Below are positions 13,897 through 26,644 of a stretch of DNA of 64,000 bases, in pieces. The translations under genes and the position numbers were made by a program. The notes below the pieces were generated by a model. It did not search any database. It was given only the letters and a program-made list of their open reading frames with translations, and was not told where the DNA came from. This stretch comes from Haliotis rubra (taxonomy: Eukaryota). Where the stretch lies: contig NW_025767185.1 in the NCBI RefSeq assembly GCF_003918875.1, positions 62,001-126,000 on the forward strand. Reading direction: 5' to 3'. Within the stretch, counting starts at the first letter, position 1; each line of letters begins with the position of its first letter.

Positions 13897-16800
13897 TGTT
13901 GTTGTGACGTGTGGGTGTGTGTTGAATGTGTTGTGACATGTGTGTGTTAGTGTTAATGTGTTGAATGTATTGATGTGATACGTGGTTAGGTGTTGAATGT
14001 GTTGCTGTGATATGTGGTTCTGTGTTGAATGTGTTGTTGTGACGTCTGTGTGTGTGTTGAATGTGTTGTGACGTGTGTGTTAGTGTTAATGTGTTGAATG
14101 TGTTGTTGTGACATGTAGGTGTGTGTTGAATGTGTTGTTGTGACATGTGGGTGGGTGTTGAGTGTGTTGTGATATGTGGTTCTGTGTTGAATGTGTTGTT
14201 GTGACATGTGGAGGTGTGTTGAATGTGTTGTTGTGACGTCTGTGTGTGTGTGTGTGTGTGTGTGTAGAATGTGTTGTGGCATGTGTGTGTTAGTGTTAAT
14301 GTGTTGAATGTGTTGTTGTGACATGTAGGGTGTGTTGAATGTGTTGCTGTGATATGTGGTTCTGTGTTGAATGTGTTGTTGTGACGTCTGTGTGTGTGTT
14401 GAATGTGTTGTGACGTGTGTGTTAGTGTTAATGTGTTGAATGTGTTGTTGTGACATGTGGGGTGTGTTGAATGTGTTGCTGTGATATGTGGTTCTGTGTT
14501 GAATGTGTTGCTGTGACGTCTGGGGATGTGTGTTGAATGTGTTATGACATGTGTGTGTGAGTGTTGAATGTGTTGTTGTAACATGTGGGTGGGTGTTGAG
14601 TGTGTTGTGATATGTGGTTCTGTGTTGAATGTGTTGTTGTGACGTCTGGGGATGTGTGTTGAATGTGTTGTTGTGACATGTAGGTGAGTGTTGAATGTGT
14701 TGTTGTAACATGTGGGTGGGTGTTGAGTGTGTTGTGATATGTGGTTCTGTGTTGAATGTGTTGTTGTGACATGTGGAGGTGTGTTGAATGTGTTGTTGTG
14801 ACATGTGTGTGTTAGTGTTAATGTTCTGAATGTGCTGTTGTGATATGTGGTTCTGTGTTGAATGTGTTGTTGTGATATGTGGTTCTGTGTTGAATGTGTT
14901 GTTGTTATATGTGTGTGTTAGTGTTAATGTGTTGAATGTGTTGTTGTGACATGTGGGGTGTGTTGAATGTGTTGCTGTGATATGTGGTTCTGTGTTGAAT
15001 GTGTTGTTGTGACGTCTGGGGATGTGTGTTGAATGTGTTATGACATGTGTGTGTGAGTGTTAATGTGTTGAATGTGTTGTTGTGACATGTGGGTGGGTGT
15101 TGAGTGTGTTGTAATATGTGGTTCTGTGTTGAATGTGTTGTTGTGACATGTGGAGGTGTGTTGAATGTGTTGTTGTGACATGTGTGTGTTAGTGTTAATG
15201 TGCTGAATGTGTTGTTGTGACATGTGGGTGGGTGTTGAGTGTGTTGTGATATGTGGTTCTGTGTTGAATGTGTTGTTGTGATATGTGGGTGGGTGTTGAA
15301 TGTGTTGTTGTGACATGTGTGTGTTAGTGTTAATGTGTTGAATGTGTTGTTGTGACATGTGGGTGGGTGTTGAGTGTGTTGTGATATGTGGTTCTGTGTT
15401 GAATGTGTTGTTGTGACATGTGTGTGTTAGTGTTAATGTGTTGAATGTGTTGTTGTGACATGTGGGTGGGTGTTGAATGTGTTGTTGTGACATGTGTGTG
15501 TGAGTATTAATGTGCTGTTGTGATATGTGGTTCTGTGTTGAATATGTTGTTGTGACATGTGTGTGTGAGTGTTAATGTGCTGTTGTGATATGTGGTTCTG
15601 TGTTGAATATGTTGTTGTGATATGTGTGTGGGTGTTGAGTGTGTTGTGATATGTGGTTCTGTGTTGAATGTGTTGTTGTGACATGTGGGTGGGTGTTGAA
15701 TGTGTTGTGACATGTGGAGGTGTGTTGAATGTGTTGTTGTGACATGTGGGTGGGTGTTGAATGTGTTGTGATATGTGGTTCTATGTTGAATGTGTTGTTG
15801 TGACATGTGGGGGTGTGTTGAATGTGTTGTTGTGACATGTGTGTGTTAGTGTTAATGTGCTGAATGTGCTGTGATGATATGTGGTTCTGTGTTGAATGTG
15901 TTGTTGTGATATGTGGGTGGGTGTTGAGTGTGTTGTGATATGTGGTTCTGTGTTGAATGTGTTGTTGTGACATGTGGGTGGGTGTTGAATGTGTTGTGAT
16001 ATGTGGTTCTGTGTTGAATGTGTTGTTGTGACATGTGGGGTGTGTTGAATGTGTTGTTGTGACATGTGGGTGGGTGTTGAATGTGTTGTGATATGTGGTT
16101 CTATGTTGAATGTGTTGTGACATGTGGGGGTGTGTTGAATGTGTTGTGATATGTGTGGGGTGTTGAATGTATTTTGATATGTGGTTCTGTGTTGAATGTG
16201 TTGTTGTGACATAGGGAGAAGTGTTGAATGTGTGGTTGTGTGATTGTTGTTTTGTTGTGACATGTGGGTGTGTGACTGTTGATATGTTCAATGTTTTGTG
16301 ATATGTTGGGGGGTGTGTTAATATGTTGGTGTGGCATGTGGAGGTGTGTTGAATGTGTTGTTGTGACGTGTGGGTGTGTGACTGTTGATATGTTCAATGT
16401 TTTGTGATATGTTTGGGGGGTGTTGAATGTGTTGTTGTGACATGTTGGTTGTGTTGAATGTGTTGCTGTGATATGTGGTTCTGTGTTGAATGTGTTGTTG
16501 TGACGTCTGGGGATGTGTGTTGAATGTGTTATGACATGTGTGTGTGTGAGTGTTAATGTGTTGAATGTGTTGTTGAGACATGTAGGTGTGTGTTGAATGT
16601 GTTGTTGTGACATGTGGGTGGGTGTTGAATGTGTTGTGATATGTGGTTTTATGTTGAATGTGTTGTTGTGACATGGGGGTGTTGTTGAATGTGTTGTTGT
16701 GACATGTGTGTGTTAGTGTTAATGTGTTGAATGTGCTGTCGTGATATGTGGTTCTGTGTTGAATGTGTTGTTGTGATATGTGGGTGGGTGTTGAGTGTGT

Positions 16801-19800
16801 TGTGATATGTGGTTCTGTGTTGAATGTGTTGTTGTGACATGTGGGGGGTGTTGAATGTGTTGTGGCATGTGTGTGTGAGTGTTAATGTGTTGAATGTGTT
16901 GTTGTGATATGTGGTTCTGTGTTGAATGTGTTGTTGTGACATGTTGATGGGTGTAAAATGTGTTGTGATATGTGGTTCTGTGTTGATTGTGTTGTTGTGA
17001 CATGGGGTGGTGGTGTTGAATGTGTTGTTGTGACACGTGTGTGTTAGTGTTAATGTGTTGAATGTGTTGTTGTGACACGTGTGTGTTAGTGTTAATGTGT
17101 TGAATGTGTTGTGATATGTGGTTCTGTGTTGAATGTGTTGTTGTGATATGTGGAGGTGTGTTGAATGTGTGGTTGTGTGATTGTGTTGTTGTGACATGTG
17201 GGTGTGTGACTGTTGATATGTTCAATGTTTTGTGATATGTTGGGGGGTGTTAAATATGTTGGTGTGGCATGTGGAGGTGTGTTGAATGTGTTGTTGTGAC
17301 GTGTGGGTGTGTGACTGTTGATATGTTCAATGTTTTGTGATATGTTTAGAAGTGTTAGATGTGTTGTTGTGACATGTTGGTTGTGTTGAATGTGTTGCTG
17401 TGATATGGGGTTCTGTGTTGAATGTGTTGTTGTGACATCTAGGTGATGTGTGTTAGAATATGTGTTATGACATGTTGTGTGTGAGTATTAATGTATGTTG
17501 AATGTGTTGTTTGTTAGAGACATGTAGAGTGTGTGTTGAATGTGTTGTTGTGACATGTGGGTGGGTGTTAATGTGTTTGTGATATGTGGTTTTATATTGA
17601 ATGTGTTGTTGTGACATGTAGTGTTGTTGATTGATGTGTTGTTGTGACATGTGTGTGTTAGTGTTAATAAGTGTTAAAATATGCTGTCGTGATATGTGGT
17701 TCTATGTTTAGATGTATTGTTGTGATATGTGGGTGGAGTGTGAATGTGTGTTGTGATATGTGGTTCTGTGTTAGATATGTTGTTGTGACATGTGGAAGTG
17801 TTGATGTGTTGTAGCATATGTGTGGTTGTGTATGAATGTGTTGAATGTGTTGTTGTGATATGTGGTTCTATGTTAGATGTGTTGTTGTGACATGTTGATA
17901 TAGGTAAAATGTGTTGTGATATGTGGTTCTGTGTTGATTGTATTGTTGTGACATGTAGGTGTATAGTGGTGTTGAATGTGTTGTTGTGACACGTGTGTGT
18001 TAGTATTAATATGTTGAATGTGTTGTTGTGACACGTGTGTGTTAGTGTTAATGTGTTGAATGTGTTGCGATATGTGGTTCTGTGTTGAATATGTTAATGT
18101 TGTGATATATGGAGAGTGTGTTGAATGTGTTGTTTATGACATGTAGGTGTGTGTTATGAATGTGTTATGATATGTTGAAGTGTTGAATGTGTTGTGTGTT
18201 GTGATATATGGTTCTGTGTTAGATGTGTTGTTGTGACATGTGGACGTGTGTTGAATGATGTTAAAGTGTGACATGTGAATGTGTTAGATATGTTTATGAT
18301 ATGTTAGAAGTGTTGAATGTATTTTGTGATATAGTTCTGTATGTTGAATGTGTTGTTGTGACATGTAGAGTGTGTTGAATGTGTTGTTGTGATATGTTTG
18401 AGTAGGTGTTGAATGTGTTGTGATATGTGGTTCTGTGTTGATTGTGTTGTTGTGACATGTGGTGAGTGAGTGTGTTGAATGTGTTGTTGTGACACGTGTG
18501 TAGTGTTAATTTGTTGAATATGTTGTTGTGACATGTGTGTGTTATGTGTTAATGTGTTGAATGTGTTTGCGATATATGGTTCTGTGTTGAATATGTTGTT
18601 GTGATATGTGGAGGGTGTGTGTAGAAATGTTATTTATGTGACATGTAAAGTGTATTGAATATGTTGTGATATGTAGAAGTGTTGAATGTGTTGTGATATA
18701 TGGTTCTATATATGTTATTGTTTGTTCTGTGTTAGATATGTTGTTGACATGTGACATGTAGATGGTGGTGGTGTAGATATGTGTTATTATTGACATGTTG
18801 TGATATAATAGTTCTGTGTTGAATGTGTTTATGAAGATAGGTTGAGTATGTGACATGTGAATGTGTAGTGTATATATTTATATGTGGGTATGTGTGTTGA
18901 TATGTTTCAATGTTTTGATATATTTAGAAATTGTTAGTATGTTGGTGTATATGTGAAGTATGTTAGATATTGTTGTTGTGACATTATGACTGTGTTAGAT
19001 ATGTGTTGTGATATATGTTGGGTGTTAGATATGTTGTGATGATATGTATTGTGTGTTAGAAGATGTTGTTGTGACATTGTTTTTGTGTTAATTACATGTT
19101 ATGTTGGGTCGGTGTTTTATGTGTTGATGTGTTGGGTGGGTGTTGTTATGTGTTGGTGTGACGAGTGGGTGTGACTGTTGATTGTTGAATATATTGTGTT
19201 CTATGTTTGAATGTGTTGATTTGTTGTGACATGTTAGATTATGTAGAGATGTGTGTTAGATATGGTAGAGTGGGTGGGGGCTTTGTTTCATCAATATGTA
19301 TTATTTGTGACATGTGTTGGTGTGTGACTGTTGAATGTGTTGAGATATGACATGTGATGTGAAGGTGTTAATGTGTTGAATGTGTTGGTGTGACATGTGT
19401 GAAGTGTTAATGTGTGAATGTGTTGTTGTTGTGAAATGTGTGGTGTGTGTTAATATGTTGAATGTATTGGTGTGACATGTGTGTGAGTGTTAATTTGTTG
19501 AATGTGTGTGAAATGTGCTGTAATGTGTGTGTGAGTGTTAATGTGTTGAATGTGTGATGTGTGTGGTTTGATGTGGTGTTTTCGTGTAATATATTGTGAC
19601 ATGTTGTGATATGTTGGTGTCAGTGTGAGTGTGTGGTATTTTGGTGTTTTTTATGACATGGAGGTGTTAATATTTGTTGGTGCATGACATTATGTTGTGA
19701 ATGACTGTTGTTGTTGTATTCAATGTATTGTGATTTGTGCTATAAGTAGTGTTGTAATGTTATTTAGTATGACATGACATTTGTATGTTGAATGTATTTG

Positions 19801-20200
19801 TTGTATTAATGTAAAGCTAGGTAGTGTGATTAGAGATAATGTGTAAAGCTTCACATGGTGTGTTATTGGAGGTGTGTGTTGAATATATTGGTGTGTTGTT
19901 AATATGTGTTGAAGTGTGTGTTGTGTTGTGACATATGTGTGAGTTTGTGTGTTGTGAGATATGTTAGGTGTGATGTGTGTGAGTGTTAGATTGTGTTGTG
20001 TGCCAGTGGTGTGTTGTGAGATAATGTGCTAGTAGTGTGTGTTTATTACTATATGTTGAATGTGTTGAGTGTGACGTGTGTGTGAAGTATTAATGTGTTG
20101 TTAAATATGTTAGGTGTGACATATGTGTGTGTGTGTGTTAGATGTGTTGAATGTGTTATAGTTGTGAAATGTGGGTGGGTGTTAATTTGTTGTGAGATGT
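13893..20200. repeat. GT-rich compound minisatellite (core gtgttgaatgtgttg[ttg]tga[c/t]atgtg plus short variable linkers)
   Basis: Core repeated throughout with linkers such as ggttct, ggtgg, gaggt and tgttagtgttaat. Increasingly noisy after about 17.3 kb; right boundary approximate. Confidence 0.93.
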
Positions 20201-23160
20201 GTGGTGCTTGACAGTGTGTGTGTTGTATAGATGTGTGTAATGCTATTATGTGTTGTGAGATGTGTGTAAGCTAGTGTGGAATGTGTGAGATGTGTGTGTG
20301 ATATGAGTGGTGTGTTGAAAGATGTTTTCGTGACATGTGAGTGTTAATATTTTTGAAGCTAATCGTGACAATGTGAGATGTGTGAAGCTAAGGTGTTGTT
20401 GTCATATGTGGGTGTGTATGTAAGTGTAATCTAGTGTTGTGAGACTGTGTAAGGTAGTGGGGTGTGTTGAGATGTGTATCAGCTTGTGGTGTGTTGTGAG
20501 ATGTGTGTTGAGCTAGTGGTGTGTTGTGAGATGTGTTATCAGCTAGTGGTGTGTGTGTGTGTAGTAGTGAGTTGAGATAGTGTGTGTGTAGCTAGTGAGT
20601 GTGTTGTGAGATGTGTTGTGAGTGTTGTAGTGTGTAAGCTAGTGGTGTGTTGTGAGAGATGTGTGTAAGCTAGTGTGTGTGTTGTGAGATGTGTGTAAGC
20701 TAGTAGTGGTGTATTATTGTGAGATGTGTGTGTAAGCTAGTGGTGTGTTGTGAGATGTGTATAAACTGCTAGTGGTGTGTTGTGAGATGTGTGTAAGCTA
20801 GTGGTGTGTTGTGACATTATTAAGTACTAGTGGTGGTGTGAGATGTGTGTAAGCTAGTGGTGTGTGTGTTGAGGATGTGTGTAAGCTAGTGGTGTGTTGT
20901 TGTGATGTGTGTGAAGCTGGTGGTGTGTTGTGACATGTGTATGTGTGTGTTGTGAGATGTGTGTAAGCTAGTGGTGTGTTGTGAGATGTGTGTAAAGCTA
21001 GTGGTGTGTTGTTGGATGTGTTTTAGAAGCCAGTGGTGGTGAGTTGTGAGATGTGTGAGTGCTAGTGGTGTGTTGTGAGATGTGTGTGCAAGCTAGTGGT
21101 GGAGTTGTGACATGTGTGTAAGACTAGTGATGTGTTGTGAGATGTGCTAGTGGTGTGGCTGGGATGTATGATGTCAGCTAGTGCTGTGTTGTGGGATGTG
21201 TGAAGTGGTGTTTTGCCAAGGATGTGTATCATGTGAGTGGTGTAATATGGGATGTGTAGAAGCTGAGTGGGTCTGTCGTGACATGTGTATAGAGCTAGTG
21301 GGTGTGTGGCTAAGATGTATGTCAGCTAGTGATGGTGTGTTGTCAGATGTGTGTAAGCTAGTGGTGAGTTGTGAGATGTGTGTAATCTAGTGGTGTGAGA
21401 CATTGAGATGTAAGGAAGCTAGTGGGGTGTTGTGAATGTGTATAAGCTGAGTGGTGTGTTGTGAGATGTGTGTGAACTAGTGGTGTGTTTGTGAGATGTG
21501 TATAAGCTAGTGGTGAGTTGTGAGATGTGTGTGAACCCTAGTGGTGTGTTGTGAGATGTGTGTGAACTAGTGGTGTTTTGCGAGATGTGTAGTAAGCCTA
21601 GTGGTGTGTTGTGAGATGTGTTAGAAAAGCTAGTGGTGTAGGTAGTGAGGTTTTGTGAGAATTGTGTATCAGCTTGTGGTGTGTTGTGAGATGTGTATAG
21701 CTAGTGGTGTGTTGTGAGATGTGTGTCAGCTTGTGGTGTGTTGTGAGATGTGTGTAAGCTAGTGGTGTGTTGTGAATTGTGTGTGAACCAGAGGTGTGTT
21801 GTGAGATATGTGTAAGCTAGTGATGTGTTGTTAGATGTGTTTAAGCCAGTGGTGAGTTGTGAGATGTGTGTGTACTAGTGGTGTGTTGTGAGATGTGTGT
21901 AAGCTAGTGGTGAGTTGTTATATGTATGTGAACTAGTGATGTGTTGTGAGATGTGTGTAAGCTAGTGGTGTGTTGTGAGATGTGTGTAAGCTAGTGGTGT
22001 GTTGTGAGATGTATGTCAGCTAGTGGTGTGTTGTGAGATGTGTGTAAGCTAGTGGTGTGTTGTGAGATGTGTGTAAGCTAGTGTTGTGTATTGTGAGATG
22101 TGTGTAAGCTAGTGGTGTGTTGTGAGATGTGTATAAGCTAGTGGTGTGTTGTGAGATGTGTGTGAACTAGTGGTGTGTTGTGAGATGTGTATAAGCTAGT
22201 GGTGAGTTGTGAGATGTGTGTGAACTAGTGGTGTGTTGTGAGATGTGTGTGAACTATGGTGTGTTGTGAGATGTGTGTTGCGGTGTGCTGTGAGATGTGT
22301 GAACTAGTGGTGTTGTGAGATGCGCCAGAAATGATAGTGGTGTGTTGTGAGATGCTAAGTGGTGAGTTGTGAGATGTGTGTGTGAACTAGTGGTGTGTTG
22401 TGAGATGTGTGTGAACTAGTGGTGTTTTGCGAGATGTGTGTAAGCTAGTGGTGTGTTGTGAGATGTGTTAAGCTAGTGGTGTGTTGTGAGATGTGTGTGA
22501 ACTAGGGGTGTGTTGTGAGATGTGTGTAAGCTAGTGGTGAGTTGTGAGATGTGTGTAAGCTAGTGGTGAGTTGTGAGATGTGTGTGAACTAGGGGTGTGT
22601 TGTGAGATGTGTGTAAGCTAGTGGTGAGTTGTGAGATGTGTGTGAACTAGTGGTGTGTTGTGAGATGTGGGTAAGCTAGTGGTGTGTTGTGAGATGTGTT
22701 TAAGCTAGTGGTGTGTTGTGAGATGTGTGTAAGCTAGTGTTGTGTTGTGAGATGTGTGTAAGCTAGTGGTGTGTTGTGAGATGTGTATAAGCTAGTGGTG
22801 TATTGTGAGATGTGTGTAAGCTAGTGTTGTGTTGTGAGATGTGTATAAGCTAGTGGTGTATTGTGAGATGTGTGTAAGCTAGTGTTGTGGTGTGAGATGT
22901 GTGTAAGCTAGTGGTGTGTTGTGAGATGTGTGTAAGCTAGTGGTGTGTTGTGACATGTGTGTAAGCTAGTATTGTGTTGTGACATGTGTGTAAGCTAGTG
23001 GTGTGTTGTGAGATGTGTGTAAGCTAGTGGTGTGTTGTGAGATGTGTGTAAAGTAGTGGTGTGTTGTGACATGTGTGTAAGCTAGTGGTGTGTTGTGACA
23101 TGTGTGCATACCAGTGGTGTGTTTTGAGATTTATTGCAAGCTTGTGTTGCTTTGTTGGAT
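20200..23160. repeat. 29-bp minisatellite (gtgtgtaagctagtggtgtgttgtgagat)
   Basis: Clean units at 21.9-23.1 kb, noisy at 20.2-21.6 kb; left boundary is a gradual transition. Confidence 0.95.
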
Positions 23161-25592
23161 GTGTGTGAATATTAGCCACCAGGAGTGTTTGCAATTAGAT
23201 GGACATTTTTGTTAGAGATATGTTTTTGTCTTCGCCTTTGTTCATGTATATATCTACTCCATACTCCAATAGTATGATAATTTACAATCGTCTGAAAATT
23301 GTACGTTCTGGTTTGTGGAGGTGCTAACACTTTCAGATACTGCATAAAACATTATCAAGTCAAATGTTCATCACCAAACACTCACGCCGAATCCCATCTC
23401 CCGCTGAAAGCCGATACAGCACTGTTCGGATCAACATACACAATGCCATCAGTTTACAGCGTGTTTCCACCAGACCATTATTCTTTTGCAGAATGCACAA
23501 TTCATTGGGTTATCTATGAAAGAGTCTCATTCTAACCTATTGCTCAGGGAAATGTTATATTCAGCTAAGCTTTCAGTTGTTCGAGTCGCCTATAATTTAA
23601 TATTAACCGATAGTTATTTTTTCACCATCAGACTCTGAGAGATTTGTAAGCATTTAATCCTGTCTGGTGTGGAGGATGGGCTCGTGGCCACGTGAGACCA
23701 GGCTGTCCGTGGTATCAGCTATGGGTTATTATTGTAATTGGAGATGAGAGTTTAGTGCTGCTACATTACTTCCCAGACTGGGGCGGATTTAGATAGATGC
23801 AATTCCCAGTGTTTCAGTGAATGAATGGGAGATAGTTGTTGAGATAGCCAGGGCTCATCTGTCCGCTTGCTAGAACTGGCTTCACTGGATGTATAATTCA
23901 CTCTACACGTAACATGGATCAACAGTGAGCGTGCCAGGTGTAATTAACATGACTGTCTAAATCATTCTAGGCCAAACTGCAGTACGTCATCAGCTGTTTA
24001 TTTGATTTTGAAAACGTAACTGAGCGATCCGGTATGTTACGCACATTCGGTGGCGATGTGTGATTACAGAAGAACCATTATGTTAATTTACCCAGAAAAT
24101 TCATCATTATCATATTTGAACAGAATCAGTTAAGTCTTGTCCGACTGGGAAAAGAGACTTTGAGATCGAATGTGCCCAATTAAAGTATCACGCGTGAACT
24201 CCTCTCTTGGATGTGTGTCTTGTCATTGTAGCTTTGTGAGGTATATAGAAAGAAAATAGAATGGAGAGAGTTCGTGGAGAATATGTCGATCTAACACTGT
24301 TACCTTAAAGCAAGGATGACAGAGTGAGTCGCGTGCTGCCCGTGCACGACGTGTTGCGTCCTCCCCAATAACAGTCTAAACCATGCTGCATTGATTCACT
24401 TCCGGAATTGCCTCTCTGTAGGGATCACCTTTAATAAATCTGGGTCTGAGGCGGAAACAGTGCACGCAGAAAACATGCTTCTTCATCCATTGCTTCGTTC
24501 TCATGCGACACTTTATGTGTGTTCTGGCGACCAAATCGCCTTTGAATTGCACAATATCAAAGCAACAATTAAGATGAGCGCGGCCTACCTGCCAGGGGTA
24601 GTAATTTATCTGATTTGATTAGCGATTTCCTCTTTGATCTCCCGTTATGCCTTGTGATTAGAGCCAATGCATTTGTTTTACTGTCACTTTTAACAAACCT
24701 CTTATTCTGAGATTCCCGTGTTATCAACGCGTTCCTACACTCACAAAGGCTTCTTTCCAGACTTGACGTGTTAGGTTTGTGTGATCATTTGGTGGCGTGA
24801 GAAATCGTTACAGGTCAGAATTAGGGCTGGGGATGCCCTGTAAAGTCTTGAAGATGGAATCGCAGACCCTTCGTTGGTCCCGTGTCGGTGAATATCCTCC
24901 ATAGACAGTGTACAGAAACCCCCTTAAAACATTCACTTTACAAGCCTCGCCGTATTTGACCACTGCCATGATTGTTTGACATGGAACGATTCAATAGCAA
25001 TGTGTACTCTAGCTGCTAATGTCAGTCTCGTCGACGGAGGAGGCCCAGTTGACATTCCAGCAGACTGACTGACATCTGTACTTATATCTTTCTAAGGAAC
25101 GTGCCCTTTAAACTGAGTCAGGTTATCCGGCAACGAGTTGAATGCTACGTCACGTGCACCAGGCATGGCAGTGCCTGATTGTCCTGTGTCTTGCTTTCCG
25201 TGTCACTAACTTCTAAAGTTAAAAACAGAAATCAAAGGTCAATGTGGACAATATTTTTTGAAGACAGGTTGCCCAAGTCAATGTTTTATTTCGAATAACT
25301 TCTCTTTATTCAGGACATGTGTAAGCCGATGATTGGACAATTAACCTTCCTTACATTGCCGCCTGTACTGACCCCCAGAGACGCACATTAAGGCTGTGCA
25401 TGTTCAATAAAGACAAGACGCTAGCGAGAGCCGCAGTCGTAAGAAACAATCTGAAGGCATCGTCGTCGGAGACCAATTTACGTTAACACAATTTTCTACT
25501 CGTCGTCTTGGCATCGAACATACGCTTGGGTCAGAGTGACCTAACCAAACAAGAATATTAAGTCGATTTCCTCGAGGGAATACGTGGTTGAC

Positions 25593-26274
25593 CGGTATAG
25601 TAAAATAGATATGGTATCACTGGTATAGTAAAATAGATATGGTATCACTGGTATAGTAAAATAGATATGGTATCACTGGTAAAGTAAAATAGATATGGTA
25701 TCACTGGTAAAGTAAAATAGATATGGTATCATTGGTATAGTAAAATAGATGTGGTATCACTGGTATAGTAAAATAGATGTGGTATCACTGGTATAGTAAA
25801 ATAGATGTGGTATCACTGGTATAGTAAAATAGATGTGGTATCACTGGTATAGTAAAATAGATATGGTATCACTGGTATAGTAAAATAGATATGGTATCAC
25901 TGGTATAGTAAAATAGATATGGTATCACTGGTATAGTAAAATAGATGTGGTATCACTGGTATAGTAAAATAGATGTGGTATCACTGGTATAGTAAAATAG
26001 ATATGGTATCACTGGTATAGTAAAATAGATCTGGTATCACTGGTATAGTAAAATAGATGTGGTATCACTGGTATAGTAAAATAGATGTGGTATCACTGGT
26101 ATAGTAAAATAGATGTGGTATCACTGGTATAGTAAAATAGATATGGTATCACTGGTATAGTAAAATAGATATGGTATCACTGGTACAGTAAAATAGATAT
26201 GGTATCACTGGTATAGTAAAATAGATGTGGTATCACTGGTATAGTAAAATAGATGTGGTATCACTGGTATAGTA
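25593..26274. repeat. 28-bp minisatellite, about 24 copies (ctggtatagtaaaatagat[a/g]tggtatca)
   Basis: Highly homogeneous tandem copies. Confidence 0.98.
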
Positions 26275-26399
26275 CAGAAGCAGGATAACACACACCAGTA
26301 CAATGGACAGATTGGGATTCATAATGGGTATGAAGAGTGGGGAATTTTAAAACAAGGATCCACCTACTGGGTAGACAGGCTTACATTCATTGGTGTAGA

Positions 26400-26644
26400 G
26401 TGAGTGAGTGAGTTTAGTTTTACGCTGCACTCAGCAATATTCCAGCTATATGGCGGCAGTCTGTAAATAATCGAGTCTGGACCAGACAATCCAGTGATCA
26501 ACATCATGAGCATCGACCTGCGCATTTGGGAACCGATGACATGTGTCAACCAAGCGAGCGAGCCTGACCACCCGATCCCGTTAGTCGCCTCTTACGACAA
26601 GCATGGGTTACTGAAGGTTCATTCTAACCCGGATCTTCACGAGT
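26400..26644 (-). mobile_element. Short non-autonomous retroposon (SINE-like), 245 bp, with (ACTC)n tail and non-tRNA structured head
   Basis: 11-bp TSD attggtgtaga at 26389-26399 and 26645-26655. Its 3' end gctggaatattgctgagtgcagcgtaaaactaaactcactcactcac matches the tail of the SINEs at 28989 and 36025. Confidence 0.9.

Noticed and set aside
13893-17300. CRISPR-like look (constant core plus variable linkers)
   Set aside because: Linkers are short, drawn from a few recurring variants and not unique spacers; no cas genes; eukaryotic context.
20500-23100. Chi-like gctagtgg in each 29-bp unit
   Set aside because: One mismatch to a bacterial RecBCD signal in GT-rich DNA; no mechanistic relevance here.
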